From IMG/VR virus record IMGVR_UViG_3300040786_000030, positions 88,281 to 152,280 of that record: a stretch of 64,000 nucleotides of DNA; one strand, given 5' to 3'. This document shows, piece after piece, positions 52,067 to 63,092 of this stretch. Positions within the stretch are counted from its first letter, which is position 1; every line of letters starts with the position of its first letter. The DNA is from a virus. Below the pieces are notes generated by a model. That model had not been told where the DNA came from. It ran no database searches and worked only from the letters and a program-made list of their open reading frames with translations. A program made the position numbers and the translations under genes.

Positions 52067-52620
52067 ATGGATATAGATTTTAAATTAGAAGATAGAAATA
52101 TTTTTCTATCGGAACAAATAACTCAAGAGTCGGTTAAGTCTGTAATCGAAAAATAATTTTAATAAATGAATCAGATAAAGAATTAACTAAAAAAAGCTAA
52201 AAGATTTGGGTTTAAATATAAAAGTAGTCCAATTGTAATCTACATTGACTCATATGGTGGAAGTGTTTACCAATGTCTTGGGTTAATATCGGTAATGATG
52301 AATTCTAAAACTAAAATACATACAATTTGTTGGTGTAGCTATGAGTGCTGGGTTTATGATATTAATTTCTGGACATAAAAGATTTTCATATAAACATTCA
52401 ACACTATTGTATCATCAAGCTAGTAGTTTTAGTAGTGGTGAACTTAAAAAGATAGAGGAAGATGTTGAAGAAATGAAGATTACAAACACTATTAGAAATA
52501 ATAGTGTTAAGTAGAACAAATATAACTAAAGCTAGATTAACTAGAGTCTATGTTGAGAAAATAGATTGGTTTATTAGTGCGGATGAAGGTTAGAGTATAA
52601 AATAATTAATAAAATTTTAG
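52067..52620 (+). CDS. clpP: ClpP-like serine protease (frameshifted)
   Basis: DRNIFL, IYIDSYGGSV, GVAMSAG (catalytic Ser), LLYHQAS (His) and DWFISADE. Confidence 0.85.
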
Positions 52621-52624
52621 GGTA

Positions 52625-53430
52625 ATGGTAAAAAAATAGTACATCTTGCAGATATTCACATTAGAACAATGAGAATGCATTCTGAATATTTAGATAGTTT
52701 TAAAAGTTTAATGGTAGATTTAAGAGAACTTTAAAAGATTATGAGAGAGAAGAAATTAGATTGTTGTTGCTGGTGATTTGGTTCATCAGAAGATAATTGT
52801 ATCTAATGAACAAATAATGTTGGGTGCTTGGTTCTTAAGGAAATTAGAGGAAATTGCACCAGTTGTTCTTATTGCTGGTAATCATGATTTATTAGAAAAC
52901 AATAAAGACCGTATGGATTCATTGACACCAATGGTCCAATTTTTACCAGATAAAGAGATTAATTATTTTAAAGAGTCTAAGTGTTATTTAGATAATAATA
53001 TAGTATGGTGTGTTTATTCTATTTTTGAGGAAAACGCTAAACCAGATATTGAATCTGCTAGAGTACAATTTGGTGATGATAAAACATATATTGGATTATA
53101 TCATGCAGCACTACTTAACGCTAAAACCGATATTGGTTATGAAATAGACCATGGTGCTGGGTTAGAGATTTTGATGGTTGTGATATTGCTATGTTGGGTG
53201 ATATTCATAAAAGACAATCATTCAACCATAAAGGTATTATAATCGCCTACCCAAGTTCACTAATACAACAAAACTTTGGTGAAAATATCAGTGGGCATGG
53301 TTTTTATTGTGGATGTTGAGCAAAAAATTTTACTGAGCATGATGTTGAAAATAAAACACCATACTACCAATTTAAGATAAAATCAATTGATGATATTGAA
53401 ACTGGTTCTGAAAAATTAACAAATGGGTAG
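52625..53430 (+). CDS. sbcD: SbcD/Mre11/gp47-like nuclease (frameshifted)
   Basis: HLADIH, AGDLVH, AGNHD, LGDIH and YPSSLIQQNFGE. Confidence 0.85.
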
Positions 53431-53588
53431 ATATATTAAACAACCAAAATATTTTTATTTCATTTATGGTGAATTAGGTTATTTTGGCCCTTACTTAAAA
53501 AACCAGATGGTTATACTAATATTAAAAAATTTAAATTAGTTGAAATAGTTGATGAAAATAAAATAATAGAAAAATAAAATAAAATATA

Positions 53589-53834
53589 ATGACATTAAGC
53601 GAATTAAAAGGGTTTATAAATAACCTACCAGAAGAAATGGGTGAATTTACGGTTGTAAATGGTGAAGTTAGGTACTTAGATGTAGAAGACGAAAATAGTG
53701 CGGTATATCGCTTAGATAAACCAATAATAGCATTATATGTTGACGAGAAGGATGAAGAAATTTGTTTTTTCCACCAAACGCAAGATGACGTAAAAGAAAT
53801 GTTAGTAAAAGACGATAAAAATGGTACTGAATAA
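53589..53834 (+). CDS. Hypothetical protein
   Basis: Intact 81 aa ORF with genome-typical codon use. Confidence 0.7.
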   Translation: MTLSELKGFINNLPEEMGEFTVVNGEVRYLDVEDENSAVYRLDKPIIALYVDEKDEEICFFHQTQDDVKEMLVKDDKNGTE

Positions 53835-54133
53835 AAAATTAGAGAAAGAGATATTAGATTATTGTTTAGTTAATAATATTATTAATGTTGATAAATTTTA
53901 AATGATATTATTAGTCGAGGATTTACGATAGCAAATACGGTAATAATCCAAAGTTTACTAATAATGTTTTAGATAAAACCGTGTAATTGAGGAAATAAAT
54001 CCATTACCGTTAGAAGTAACTGACCCGATTAAAAGGTTAAGGAGATAAAAGAAAAGATTAATAAAGTAATTGAAACTGGTGAATTAACAAAAATACCAAA
54101 AGAATATTTTGGTAAAATATGTATGGGGAATAA
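53821..54133 (+). CDS. Hypothetical protein (frameshifted)
   Basis: MVLNKKLEKEILDYC..NNI...MYGE-stop, overlapping both neighbours. Confidence 0.5.
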
Positions 54134-56458
54134 TTTAAATGTGGTCTTACTATACCACCATATTCTAAAATTAAAGTTTATTGGGACGAAAAAGCTGAAA
54201 ATTATAGTAGAGCAGCTAAAAATAAGATAACTAATTATTTTGCCACTAAATATGGTGTGAGTAAAAATAATATAAACGTCCAATATAGGCGAGTTATGGT
54301 TAATGGTAATGGTGATACTATTGAGGTTACGGGTGCTGGTATTGAAAATATCATGGATATAAATTATCAGCGTTCATTAATGAAAGAGGTCTTGAAAAGA
54401 GACGAAAAGACCGTTGATTTTAATCGTTTAATTATGTTAGATGAAAAGTTAATGCTGAGTTAAACGTTGATTTAAATGCTCCACAACAAAGGAATTGGAC
54501 TGTTAAATGGCTTATGGTTGATAATTTCTTATCTTTGGTGAGAATAACTATTTACCATTCAGTAAACTAAAAGGGTTAACCATAGTAAATTCAATACCTG
54601 AAAATCAAGGTGGTAAAACAACGTTAACGATTGACGCTATTAAATTTTTATTACATGGTAATACCACAAAACCGATACTAATGATGAAATTTTAATACAT
54701 TTAGTGGTAAGAATGATTTAGTTGTACGTGGTATGATTGATATTGAAGGTGATGAAATAATTATTGAACGTAAGATGAAGCGTTCAGCTAAAAAAGATGG
54801 TGGTTGGAATATAACGAATAGAGTAAACTATTATAAATTATTACCTGATGGTGAGGAAGACCCATTAAACGAAGAAGATTCAGAAGCAAACAACTAAAAA
54901 AATAAGGGAAAGTGTAGGTAGTGAGAAAGATTTTGAAATGTTAGTTTTAGCTACCGAGAAAAACTTAGAGGATTTAATTGGTTTAACAACTACTGAGTCT
55001 GGTAAAGTGTTAACTAGACTTATAGGTTTAGAAATATTAGAATTAAAGGAAACAGCTGCTAGAGCTATGTATAATGAGTTTCTAGAAGAAAAATCAAATA
55101 GTTATGATGTAATTACTTTGGGTGATGAAATTGAGGATTCTGAAAAAATTATTGAAAGTACAAACTTATTTTCACATTTAACAAAAGTTAGCTGAAAATA
55201 AAACTAATATTGGTTTATTAAGTCTGGAAAATGATAGATTATTAAATAGTAAGGAAAAAATAGATGTTACAATTTTGAATTGAACCCATCTAAATTAGAT
55301 GGTGATATTAAAATATTAATTGAAAATGGTATTACTTTATCTGAAAAGTTAAAAAAATAAAGTTAGAGATTGATAATTTTGGTTTAATTGATTTTGATGA
55401 AGATAAGTTACATGGGTTAAATAAATTATATAACGAAAAATTTACTGAAAAGGCATTAAAGAAGCAGACCTTAATAGATTAAATAAAGTTATTACTGATT
55501 TAATTTCTGGTGGTATTTGTCAGTCTTGTAATAGGAAGCTAGATGATGTAGATAATACAGAACATATAAAATCTCATGAATTAGAGGTAAAAAAAATAGA
55601 AAATAATATATTTATTATTGTAACCCTATTAAATACCACTAAATTATCTATTGACCATTTAAATGAAACTAAATTATTAATTGATAATAGGTTAGATTTA
55701 GATAAAGATAGAGCTGAAGTTGAAATGGGTTCATTAAAATACAATAACTGACAAGAAAAATGATTTAAAGAAATATAACCTTAATTTAAGTGCTATTGAA
55801 TTAAATAGGAAAATCGATTCTGAGGTATCTAAAATTAAAACTGATTTGATAGTTTGTGAGTATTCTAAGACTGAAACAATTACAAGCTTAGAACGAGTTT
55901 CTAGAGATATTACATTAAATGAGGCAAACGTAATAAACAAAACTAAATTAATTGATACAATAAAGAAAGAAGAAGAAGTTGATAAAATATATAAAACATA
56001 TATTGAGTTGGTTGGTAAAAAAGGTATTAGTAAATTAGTACTTCGTTCTGTTTTACCAATAATAAATTCTGAAATGGAAAGATTATTAGAAGATGTTTGT
56101 GATTTTGCTGTTGAAATTTTTATTGATGATAAAAATAATGTACAGTTTCTGATAGTTAAAACGGTGTAACTAAAAACTTAAGTCTGGTAGTGGATTAGAA
56201 AAAACTATTGCTAGTATAGCTTTAAGGTGTGTTCTAGGTAAAATATCAACATTACCTATGCCTAACTTTATCACCTTTGACGAAGTATTAGGTAAAATAG
56301 CCCAAGTTAATTTAGAAACCTAAAACAACTTTTGATAAAATTAAAGATATGTATGAAATTGTTTTCTTTATTACGCACAATGATAGTGTTAAAGATTGGT
56401 CCACTACTATATTAACAGTTATTAAGGAAAACGATATTTCAAAATAACATTAAAATAA
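54123..56458 (+). CDS. sbcC: SbcC/Rad50/gp46-like ATPase (frameshifted)
   Basis: DNFLSFG, NQGGKTT Walker A, CQSC zinc hook, SGSGLEK signature, FDEVLG and ITHND. Confidence 0.9.
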
Positions 56459-56507
56459 CGATACTAATTAAATATATTATCGTATATTTGTTAAAAGATT
56501 ATTATAT

Positions 56508-56958
56508 ATGAAATTTAGAAATTACTGTGTTATTATTTTAGGTAACACATCTGATGCAATAAGTGAAATTGAAAAGTTAGTGATAGTAAAATAAACATCC
56601 TTGATGCTAAGGGTGTTTATATCGCAACATTACATCAAAAGTCTCACCAAAGAGATTACCAATTTTTTATTTTAAATAAAAGAAGTTTTTTTGTTTTGAT
56701 TTAAACGAAAATAATTCTGGGTTTAACATAACTAGAAAACCAGTTCATGATGGATTATTTGAATTCATAAATGAAGCTGATTTAATTGAAAAAAAAAGAA
56801 TCAGATACACCAATAATTAAAGTAAAAGAGATTAATGAAGATGATATTAATAAGATGAGTATTAATGAAAAAAAGAAATGTTCGATAAAATATTAGATAA
56901 AGGTGCTGATAAACTAACCGAAAATGATAAGAAGATAATACCTTTTGATAAAATAAAG
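56508..56958 (+). CDS. Hypothetical protein (frameshifted)
   Basis: Starts MKFRNYCVIILG after TATATTTG (56483-56490) and ends ...DKILDKGADKLTENDK. Confidence 0.5.
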
Positions 56959-56969
56959 AGTTAAAGGCA

Positions 56970-56999
56970 TTGACTTTATGAATATTTGTCGTATATTTG
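56970..56999 (+). promoter_or_regulatory. Bacteroidota-type promoter upstream of sigma gene
   Basis: TTGAC at 56970 and TATATTTG at 56992-56999. Confidence 0.65.
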
Positions 57000-57040
57000 T
57001 AATACTAACATAACAAAATAAAAAAAGAATTCAGGAATAA

Positions 57041-57858
57041 ATGAGTACTAAAAATGTAAATTATGACGTTGAAGATAGTATTGGAAAATACTTTAAAGAT
57101 GTTAGAAAATCAGTTATTTTAACTTCTAAAGAAGAAGTAGATTTAGCTAAAAGAATTAAAAGGTGATGAAAAGCTGTTGATTTATTAGTAAGTGCAAATT
57201 TAAAATTTGTTATTTCTATCGCCAAAGAATATCAAGGTCAAGGGTTATTACTTTCTGACTTAATAAGTGAAGGTAATTATGGTTTATTAAAAGCTGCTAA
57301 TAGATTTGACCATACTAGAGGTTTTAGATTTATTTCTTATGGTGTATGGTGGGTCAGACAAGCAATTTTACAAAGCTTAAACGATAACGCTAGAATGGTT
57401 AGATTACCAGCTAATGTTATTAATAAATTAAGTTATTTAAACAGGGAAATAGCTAAGTTTGAATTTATAAATGAAAGAGAACCAGTTTATGGTGAAATTT
57501 TAGATAAAGATAACGTTAAAATGGATTTACTTTATTTCCCTAAATGTGTATCGTTAAATGATGCTATAAATGAAGATGGTGATGAGTTAATTGATTTAAT
57601 AGCTGATGTTGATTCAGATGAAAATCAAGTTGATATTGATTACAAAATAAAGGAAGAATTGAATAAAACATTATCAGTATTAGATGATAGAGAAATAATT
57701 GAAAATTATTTTGGTATTAACACACTTTGAACCCATGACACTTGAAGCAATTGGTGAAATATTCATTAACAAAGGAAAGAATTAGACAAATAAAAGAAAA
57801 GGCAATTAGAAAATTAAGGCATAACTCGAATGGTTTATTCACATTAATGAATCATTAA
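57041..57858 (+). CDS. RNA polymerase sigma-70 factor, RpoD/SigA family lacking region 1.1 (frameshifted)
   Basis: ANLKFVISIAKEYQ, DLISEGNYGL, RGFRFISYGVWWVRQAI, RMVRLP and TLEAIG...TKERIRQIKEKAIRKL. Confidence 0.92.
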
Positions 57859-57861
57859 ATT

Positions 57862-57887
57862 AAAATGGGCCTAATGCCCATTTTTTT
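57862..57887 (+). terminator. Intrinsic terminator after sigma gene
   Basis: AAAATGGGC-CTAAT-GCCCATTTTTTT. Confidence 0.8.
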
Positions 57888-57892
57888 ATATT

Positions 57893-59011
57893 ATGAAGAT
57901 AGAATTTAGATACGTAGTTTTAATAATGGCACTTTCAGTAGCTGGATGTGCCGCATATTTTCAGTTTGGGGTCTTAGTCAATTATTTGCTGGGGCTGCTT
58001 TATCTGTTATTTTAATGGCATCTGTATTAGAGGTTGCCAAGTTAGTGATAACAACAGCCCTACACTTATTGGGACAAATTAGCTAAATCACTTAGAGGTT
58101 ATTTAATATTTAGTATTATAACTCTTATGTTAATAACTTCAGCTGGTATATATGGTTTCCTATCCAATGCTTACCAAAGACTGCAAATAAATTAGAAATA
58201 CATGATGGTGAAGTGGGATTATTAGATGGTAAAAATTAATATATCAAAAATATTGATAGTAACGATAAAATAATAGCAACTAAAATAACCGCTTAAATCA
58301 GTTAAGTGGTCTTAGGACTAACCAAGAGGTTAGAATAGATGGCTCCAAATCAAATAGAGATAAAACTGCGATTAGAAATGATATTAAATCGTCTAATAAT
58401 GAAATACAATCACTATCAATTGAAATTAGTGAGTTAAATACTAAAAATAGTGTACTATCAGATTCTATTGGTAAATATGAAATGTTAATATTAGGTGTTA
58501 AAAGTAATAGTACTGTTTCTGGTGAGGTCGGACCGTTAAAATACATTGCAGAACTTTCAGGTGTATCAATGGGTAGAGTTGTTAGTACTTGATATTATTA
58601 TTAATTTTGTCTTTGACCCATTAGCTATTGCGTTAATATTAGTTACCAATAGAATTTTGAATTAGATGGTAAAAAAACACCATTTGAACCAAATTTAGTT
58701 GGTGTAACAGAAGTTATTCCGCAAGTTATGCCGCAAGTTATGCCACAAGTTATGCCGCAAGTTATAGATGATGCTGTAAATGATGGTGTAACAGAAGTTA
58801 TGCTGCAAGTTATGCCGCAAGTTATGCCGCAAGTTATAGATGAGGGTACAAATGAGGGTACAATTGAGGGTACAATTGAGGGGTAAGTGATATTCCACCA
58901 ACTAGAAAAGTAGGATTAGATTAGAGGATATCAAAGAAAAACCCAAATTATAGAGGTTATTCAGTACCAATACCAGCCGCTAGACCAAATAACGGAATTT
59001 CTAGAGTTTAA
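57893..59011 (+). CDS. Multi-pass membrane protein with coiled coil and repeat-rich tail (frameshifted)
   Basis: AAYFSVWGL, LEVAKLV, ITSAGIYGFLS, EVGPLKYIA and VFDPLAI, a pattern common in large myoviruses. Confidence 0.7.
58701..58885 (+). repeat. Nested 12-bp tandem repeats, (CCGCAAGTTATG)n and (TGAGGGTACAAT)n
   Basis: Two blocks of PQVM repeats, each preceded by GGTGTAACAGAAGTTAT, followed by EGTI repeats. Confidence 0.9.
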
Positions 59012-59023
59012 ATAATATTAATT

Positions 59024-59618
59024 ATGAAAATAGATGATAGATTTTATTACCTATTGGTAATTTTATTAAAGTTGAGAGTATTAAAAAAAAGATAATAATA
59101 GGTGATACTTTTAATCATGATATGCAACATGTTATTAGTTGGACGCATAGGTATAATGGTGAATATAAAAAAACAGCACCATTTACTATAGGTAAAGATG
59201 GTGTAATTTATAAACACTTTAACCTAAATATCAATCATTATATTTTAACGATTTAGATTTAGATAAGAACAGTATTCTTATTTTATTAGAAAATGATGGT
59301 TGGTTAATTAAAATGAAGAACAAAATAATTTTATTTCATGGTTAGGGTATATTTATAATGGGAAGATATTTTTAATCGAGGATGGAAGGGTTATAATTAT
59401 TGGTGTGGTTATAGTGAAAAACAAATGGTTTCATTAATTTTTTTAGTTAGAAAGTTAAGTAAAGAGTTTTCATACCATTAAACGCTATGAGACATAATAC
59501 TAAAGTTGAAGAAATAGATGATTCTATTGGTATTGTTTATAAAAGTAACTTAAAAGTTATTATACTGATTTAAACCCATCTTTTGATTTTGAATATTTTG
59601 CAAATAATATTAATATAA
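59024..59618 (+). CDS. Amidase_2/PGRP-fold protein, apparently degenerate (frameshifted)
   Basis: FTIGKDGVIY, I.LEN.G, YSEKQMVSL..L and TDLNPSFDF. The expected Zn-binding His residues are not seen. Confidence 0.6.
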
Positions 59619-59632
59619 AAAATAGAGTAATT

Positions 59633-60205
59633 ATGAAAGAACGTATCGATGAATATGATATGGCTAAAAAAATGATGAGCATTCTTAGAGGTGGTTACAA
59701 ACCATTACTTAATGAATTCATAAATGCGCCTGATTTAAACACAGACCAAACACAAGGTAGTGTTAATGACAACCCAGCTATGGGTGATGACCAAAATAAT
59801 ACTAATAATCAAAACAATAATCAAAATATGGCAAAGCGCCTAGTGAAGGTCGTGAATCATTAGTCCCATTAACTGATAACTATTTTGAACTTGAAAAAAA
59901 TGATGATAGATATAAAGCTTTAGTTAATAATCTAACTAATATTGTACCTCAAGCTAAAGTTACAAGTGTGTATATCTCAAAAGAGGGTGGTTTAGCTATA
60001 AATGGTAATGCACTAACTTTTGGGGTAGTGGTGGTTTATTTTTACTATGATGTATTCTGACGATACAGTTATTGTTAATAGTGAAGAAGTTCAAGGTAAG
60101 ATTGGAGCTGAAGTGCAATTATCTTTACAGAGATTTTTGACACTCTAAGGGCTGATGTTGCAAACGCAAAACAATATTTGTATGACCCAATGATTGATAA
60201 AATAA
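59633..60205 (+). CDS. Hypothetical protein (frameshifted, end approximate)
   Basis: Extends ORF 59633-59863 across indels. Confidence 0.5.
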
Positions 60206-60243
60206 ATAAAATTAAAACAAATACGATGAATTTAATAAAATAG

Positions 60244-60803
60244 GTGATTTTTGAAAAATATAGTAGTATTATATTATTACTAGTTGGGTTTTTAATTGGT
60301 TCGTTAATGACATGGAATCATAACAAACCATCAATTAAAACAACAGTTGAAACACAGTATGTAATAAAAAACCGTATAGATACTATAATTACTAAACCAA
60401 TAGTAAAATATAAGTATAAAATAAAATAGTCCGTATAACCAATAAAGACACTGTTATTAATAATTTTAAACCTATTAATTATGAGTGGACTTATGTTAAA
60501 ACGGATACAACTAAAAATAAAAAAAAGTATTATCACTGTCAGTGCTAATGGTTGGGGTAATTTGGATAGGTTAGATTATGTTATTACAACTAAAGATAGT
60601 ACAAAAATAATAACTAAGACAATTGAAAAAACTATAATAAAATACTAATACGCTATATTTATCAGGGACATACAATACTAAAAGAATTTTGGTGTTGGTG
60701 TAGATTGGACGATTAAAATAAACTGATAATTGGTAGTGTTGTTGAATATGATAGAATAGACAAAACACCAATAGCTGGAATTAAATTAGGTATTAAATTA
60801 TGA
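60244..60803 (+). CDS. N-terminally anchored envelope protein with C-terminal beta strands (frameshifted)
   Basis: Transmembrane segment IILLLVGFLIGSL, a Thr/Lys-rich stalk, and an end of LYLSG..FGVGVDW..IAGIKLGIKL. Confidence 0.55.
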
Positions 60804-61401
60804 AAGAAAAAAAATTAAATAGAATAGTTGAAAAACGTTTTGAAGATAGAAAACTTGAAACACCATTATATGACCCATACAGGTGAAGTTAATGTTGATT
60901 ATGAAAATTAACAGGTAAGTAAATCCTTTAATAGATACCCAAAACCCTCTATATTACTCAAAAAAAATTAATGATTATAGGTTTGAGAATTCAACACATT
61001 TTGATACTAGTAATTTAATTCCGATAACCTTAAATTTTAAAAAAAAATAATAGATTTTAGTTAATTTACCAACTGATTTTGAAATAGAGCCATGTCAAAT
61101 TGAATCAGTATCTGAAATTAAAATTTCATTAGATTTTTTAAATTATGTGAAATATGAAAACATTAATTTTGTAATTAGAGAGTCTGAAGATAAATCATAT
61201 TTAAATTTTATCATGGGTAAAATAATAAATAAAGAAAAATAATTTTATCGATAGATAAGGTAAATGGTAGAATATAGTAATGATACAGTATATATCGAAG
61301 GTATAGTAACAGGTGCTTCAACTAACAATTTAAATTATTCAAATGATGGTATTTACACTTTAACAATGACTTTAATGCCACTTTCCGTTAAAAGTATCTA
61401 A
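60800..61401 (+). CDS. Hypothetical protein, weak tail-tube (gp19-like) resemblance (frameshifted)
   Basis: KKNNRFLVNLP...LNYSNDGIYTLTMTLMP, with N-terminal YDPYTGE. Confidence 0.45.
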
Positions 61402-61414
61402 CACACAACTAATA

Positions 61415-61440
61415 AAGAAAGCCCAATTATGGGTTTTTTT
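61415..61440 (+). terminator. Intrinsic terminator
   Basis: AAGAAAGCCCA-ATTA-TGGGTTTTTTT. Confidence 0.75.
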
Positions 61441-61474
61441 GTTTTATCCTATATATTTATAATAAAACAAAACG

Positions 61475-61724
61475 ATGGTTAAAATGGTATTATATTAAAT
61501 GAAGAGTTAAATAAAACTGATATTTCTAAAGAAGTTAAGGTTTATATGACTAGTGATGAGTTTAAAACAAAAAATTGAAAAAATCGTCAAAGATAAATTA
61601 AAAATAATAAAGAATTAGAGGATAAAGTCGTTGAAATAACTAGCAATGTCCCTAACTCAATTATTTAAAACACTTTGGGTTAAAAGAGGTGTTTGGAAAA
61701 CTGGTTTAACAAATAAAATAGTTA
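61475..61724 (+). CDS. Small hypothetical protein (frameshifted)
   Basis: Follows ATATTTAT at 61453 and ends ...QLFKTLWVKRGVW. Confidence 0.55.
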
Positions 61725-61726
61725 AA

Positions 61727-63050
61727 ATGATAAAATTAAAATAACCGAAGAACAATATGCTAGACTAAAGAGTGCTGGGTTGATTAAAGAATCGACTAAA
61801 ACTTCTGATGAAAACCAGAACCAAAAGTTGATGACCAAATGACTAAAGAGACTAGAGAATTGATTAAATATTTTTATAGAGAGTCAAAAAAAATTTATCT
61901 GAATTTTGGGGTGAACATGATTTAACTTATGATGATATTTGTAAAGCTTTAACTAGTAAAACCTTATAGTGAAAAAAGGTGATAAATATATGGTACCTAG
62001 AACTCTTGGTTCAAATGAGGAAGCCATAAAAAGAATTGAAAATGAATTGAGGTTATTAACTAAAATGCCAGAAAATGAAAATGAGATGACAATCTCTGAA
62101 GAAACTGATGATATTGAAGAAGTAGTGGTAAACAATACTGGTTATGATATTTTCGTGTATAATGATGAATTGATAATATTAAAATCTGTAGCTGATAATA
62201 AATTCTTTTATTAGATTTAAACCATGAAAATATAATTAATTATGAAGGTGAAGAATTAAGTGAGGAAGATATTTTCAATTTTTTTAAATTCTGTTGAGGA
62301 CAAACTCCCATCAATATTAATACCTATTGATTTAAACATATTAAGTGAGTTATCTAATATGTATGATATTAATAAATACTTCACATCAAAGCTAGAAGAA
62401 CTTAAAACATTAATTAGTGGTAGTATAAATGAAGATTGGGATGATTATAAAGGTAAACTTTATAGACATAAAACACCAGAAGAAGAAAAAATAGAAAAGG
62501 CTAAGATAAAACCAATAAGAGATAAAGAATTAGCTAGTAGAAAACCAATGGCAACTAAAACACCTGAGGAAGAAACCCCAGAAGATTTAGAAGAAACTAG
62601 CGCTATGGGTGGTGGCGGTGCATTTGGTGGTAGTAGTACTGGACAATTTACTGGCCCATTAACACAACCAATTAAAGGGAAATTAAAACCGTTAGTGAAA
62701 CAACTGTAGCTGGTGCTGGAAATTTTCAATACGATGCGCCTGGATTGGTAAATATTGGTAGAAATGGTGAATATAAAAAAGGTCCTAAAACAAAGGCTGA
62801 AGTAACACCTCAAATATCTGGTGGTAGTTTTGTTGAACAACCTGAATGTTCAAACTAAATAATAATAAAGAAGCGCAAAATGGGGTTGTAGTTCTGGTGC
62901 GAGTACAGCAAAATCTAGAAAAGCTAAAGGGTCGATAACAACACCATCATTAGGTGAAAATAAAATATTTGAAGAAGTTGCTAAACAAACAGGTAAAACA
63001 ATTGAGGAAGTAATGGGAATAATCAAATCAAAAAATAATAATGATATTAA
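61727..63050 (+). CDS. Hypothetical late protein (frameshifted)
   Basis: Starts MIKLKITEEQY and incorporates ORFs 61969-62214 and 62260-62709. Confidence 0.55.
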
Positions 63051-63092
63051 CTTTAGTAAAAAGTTAGATATTTATAATAAAATCGTGTAAAG

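Noticed and set aside
58701-58885. CRISPR-like array
   Set aside because: The units are contiguous 12-bp tandem repeats with no unique spacers, and they sit in frame within a CDS.
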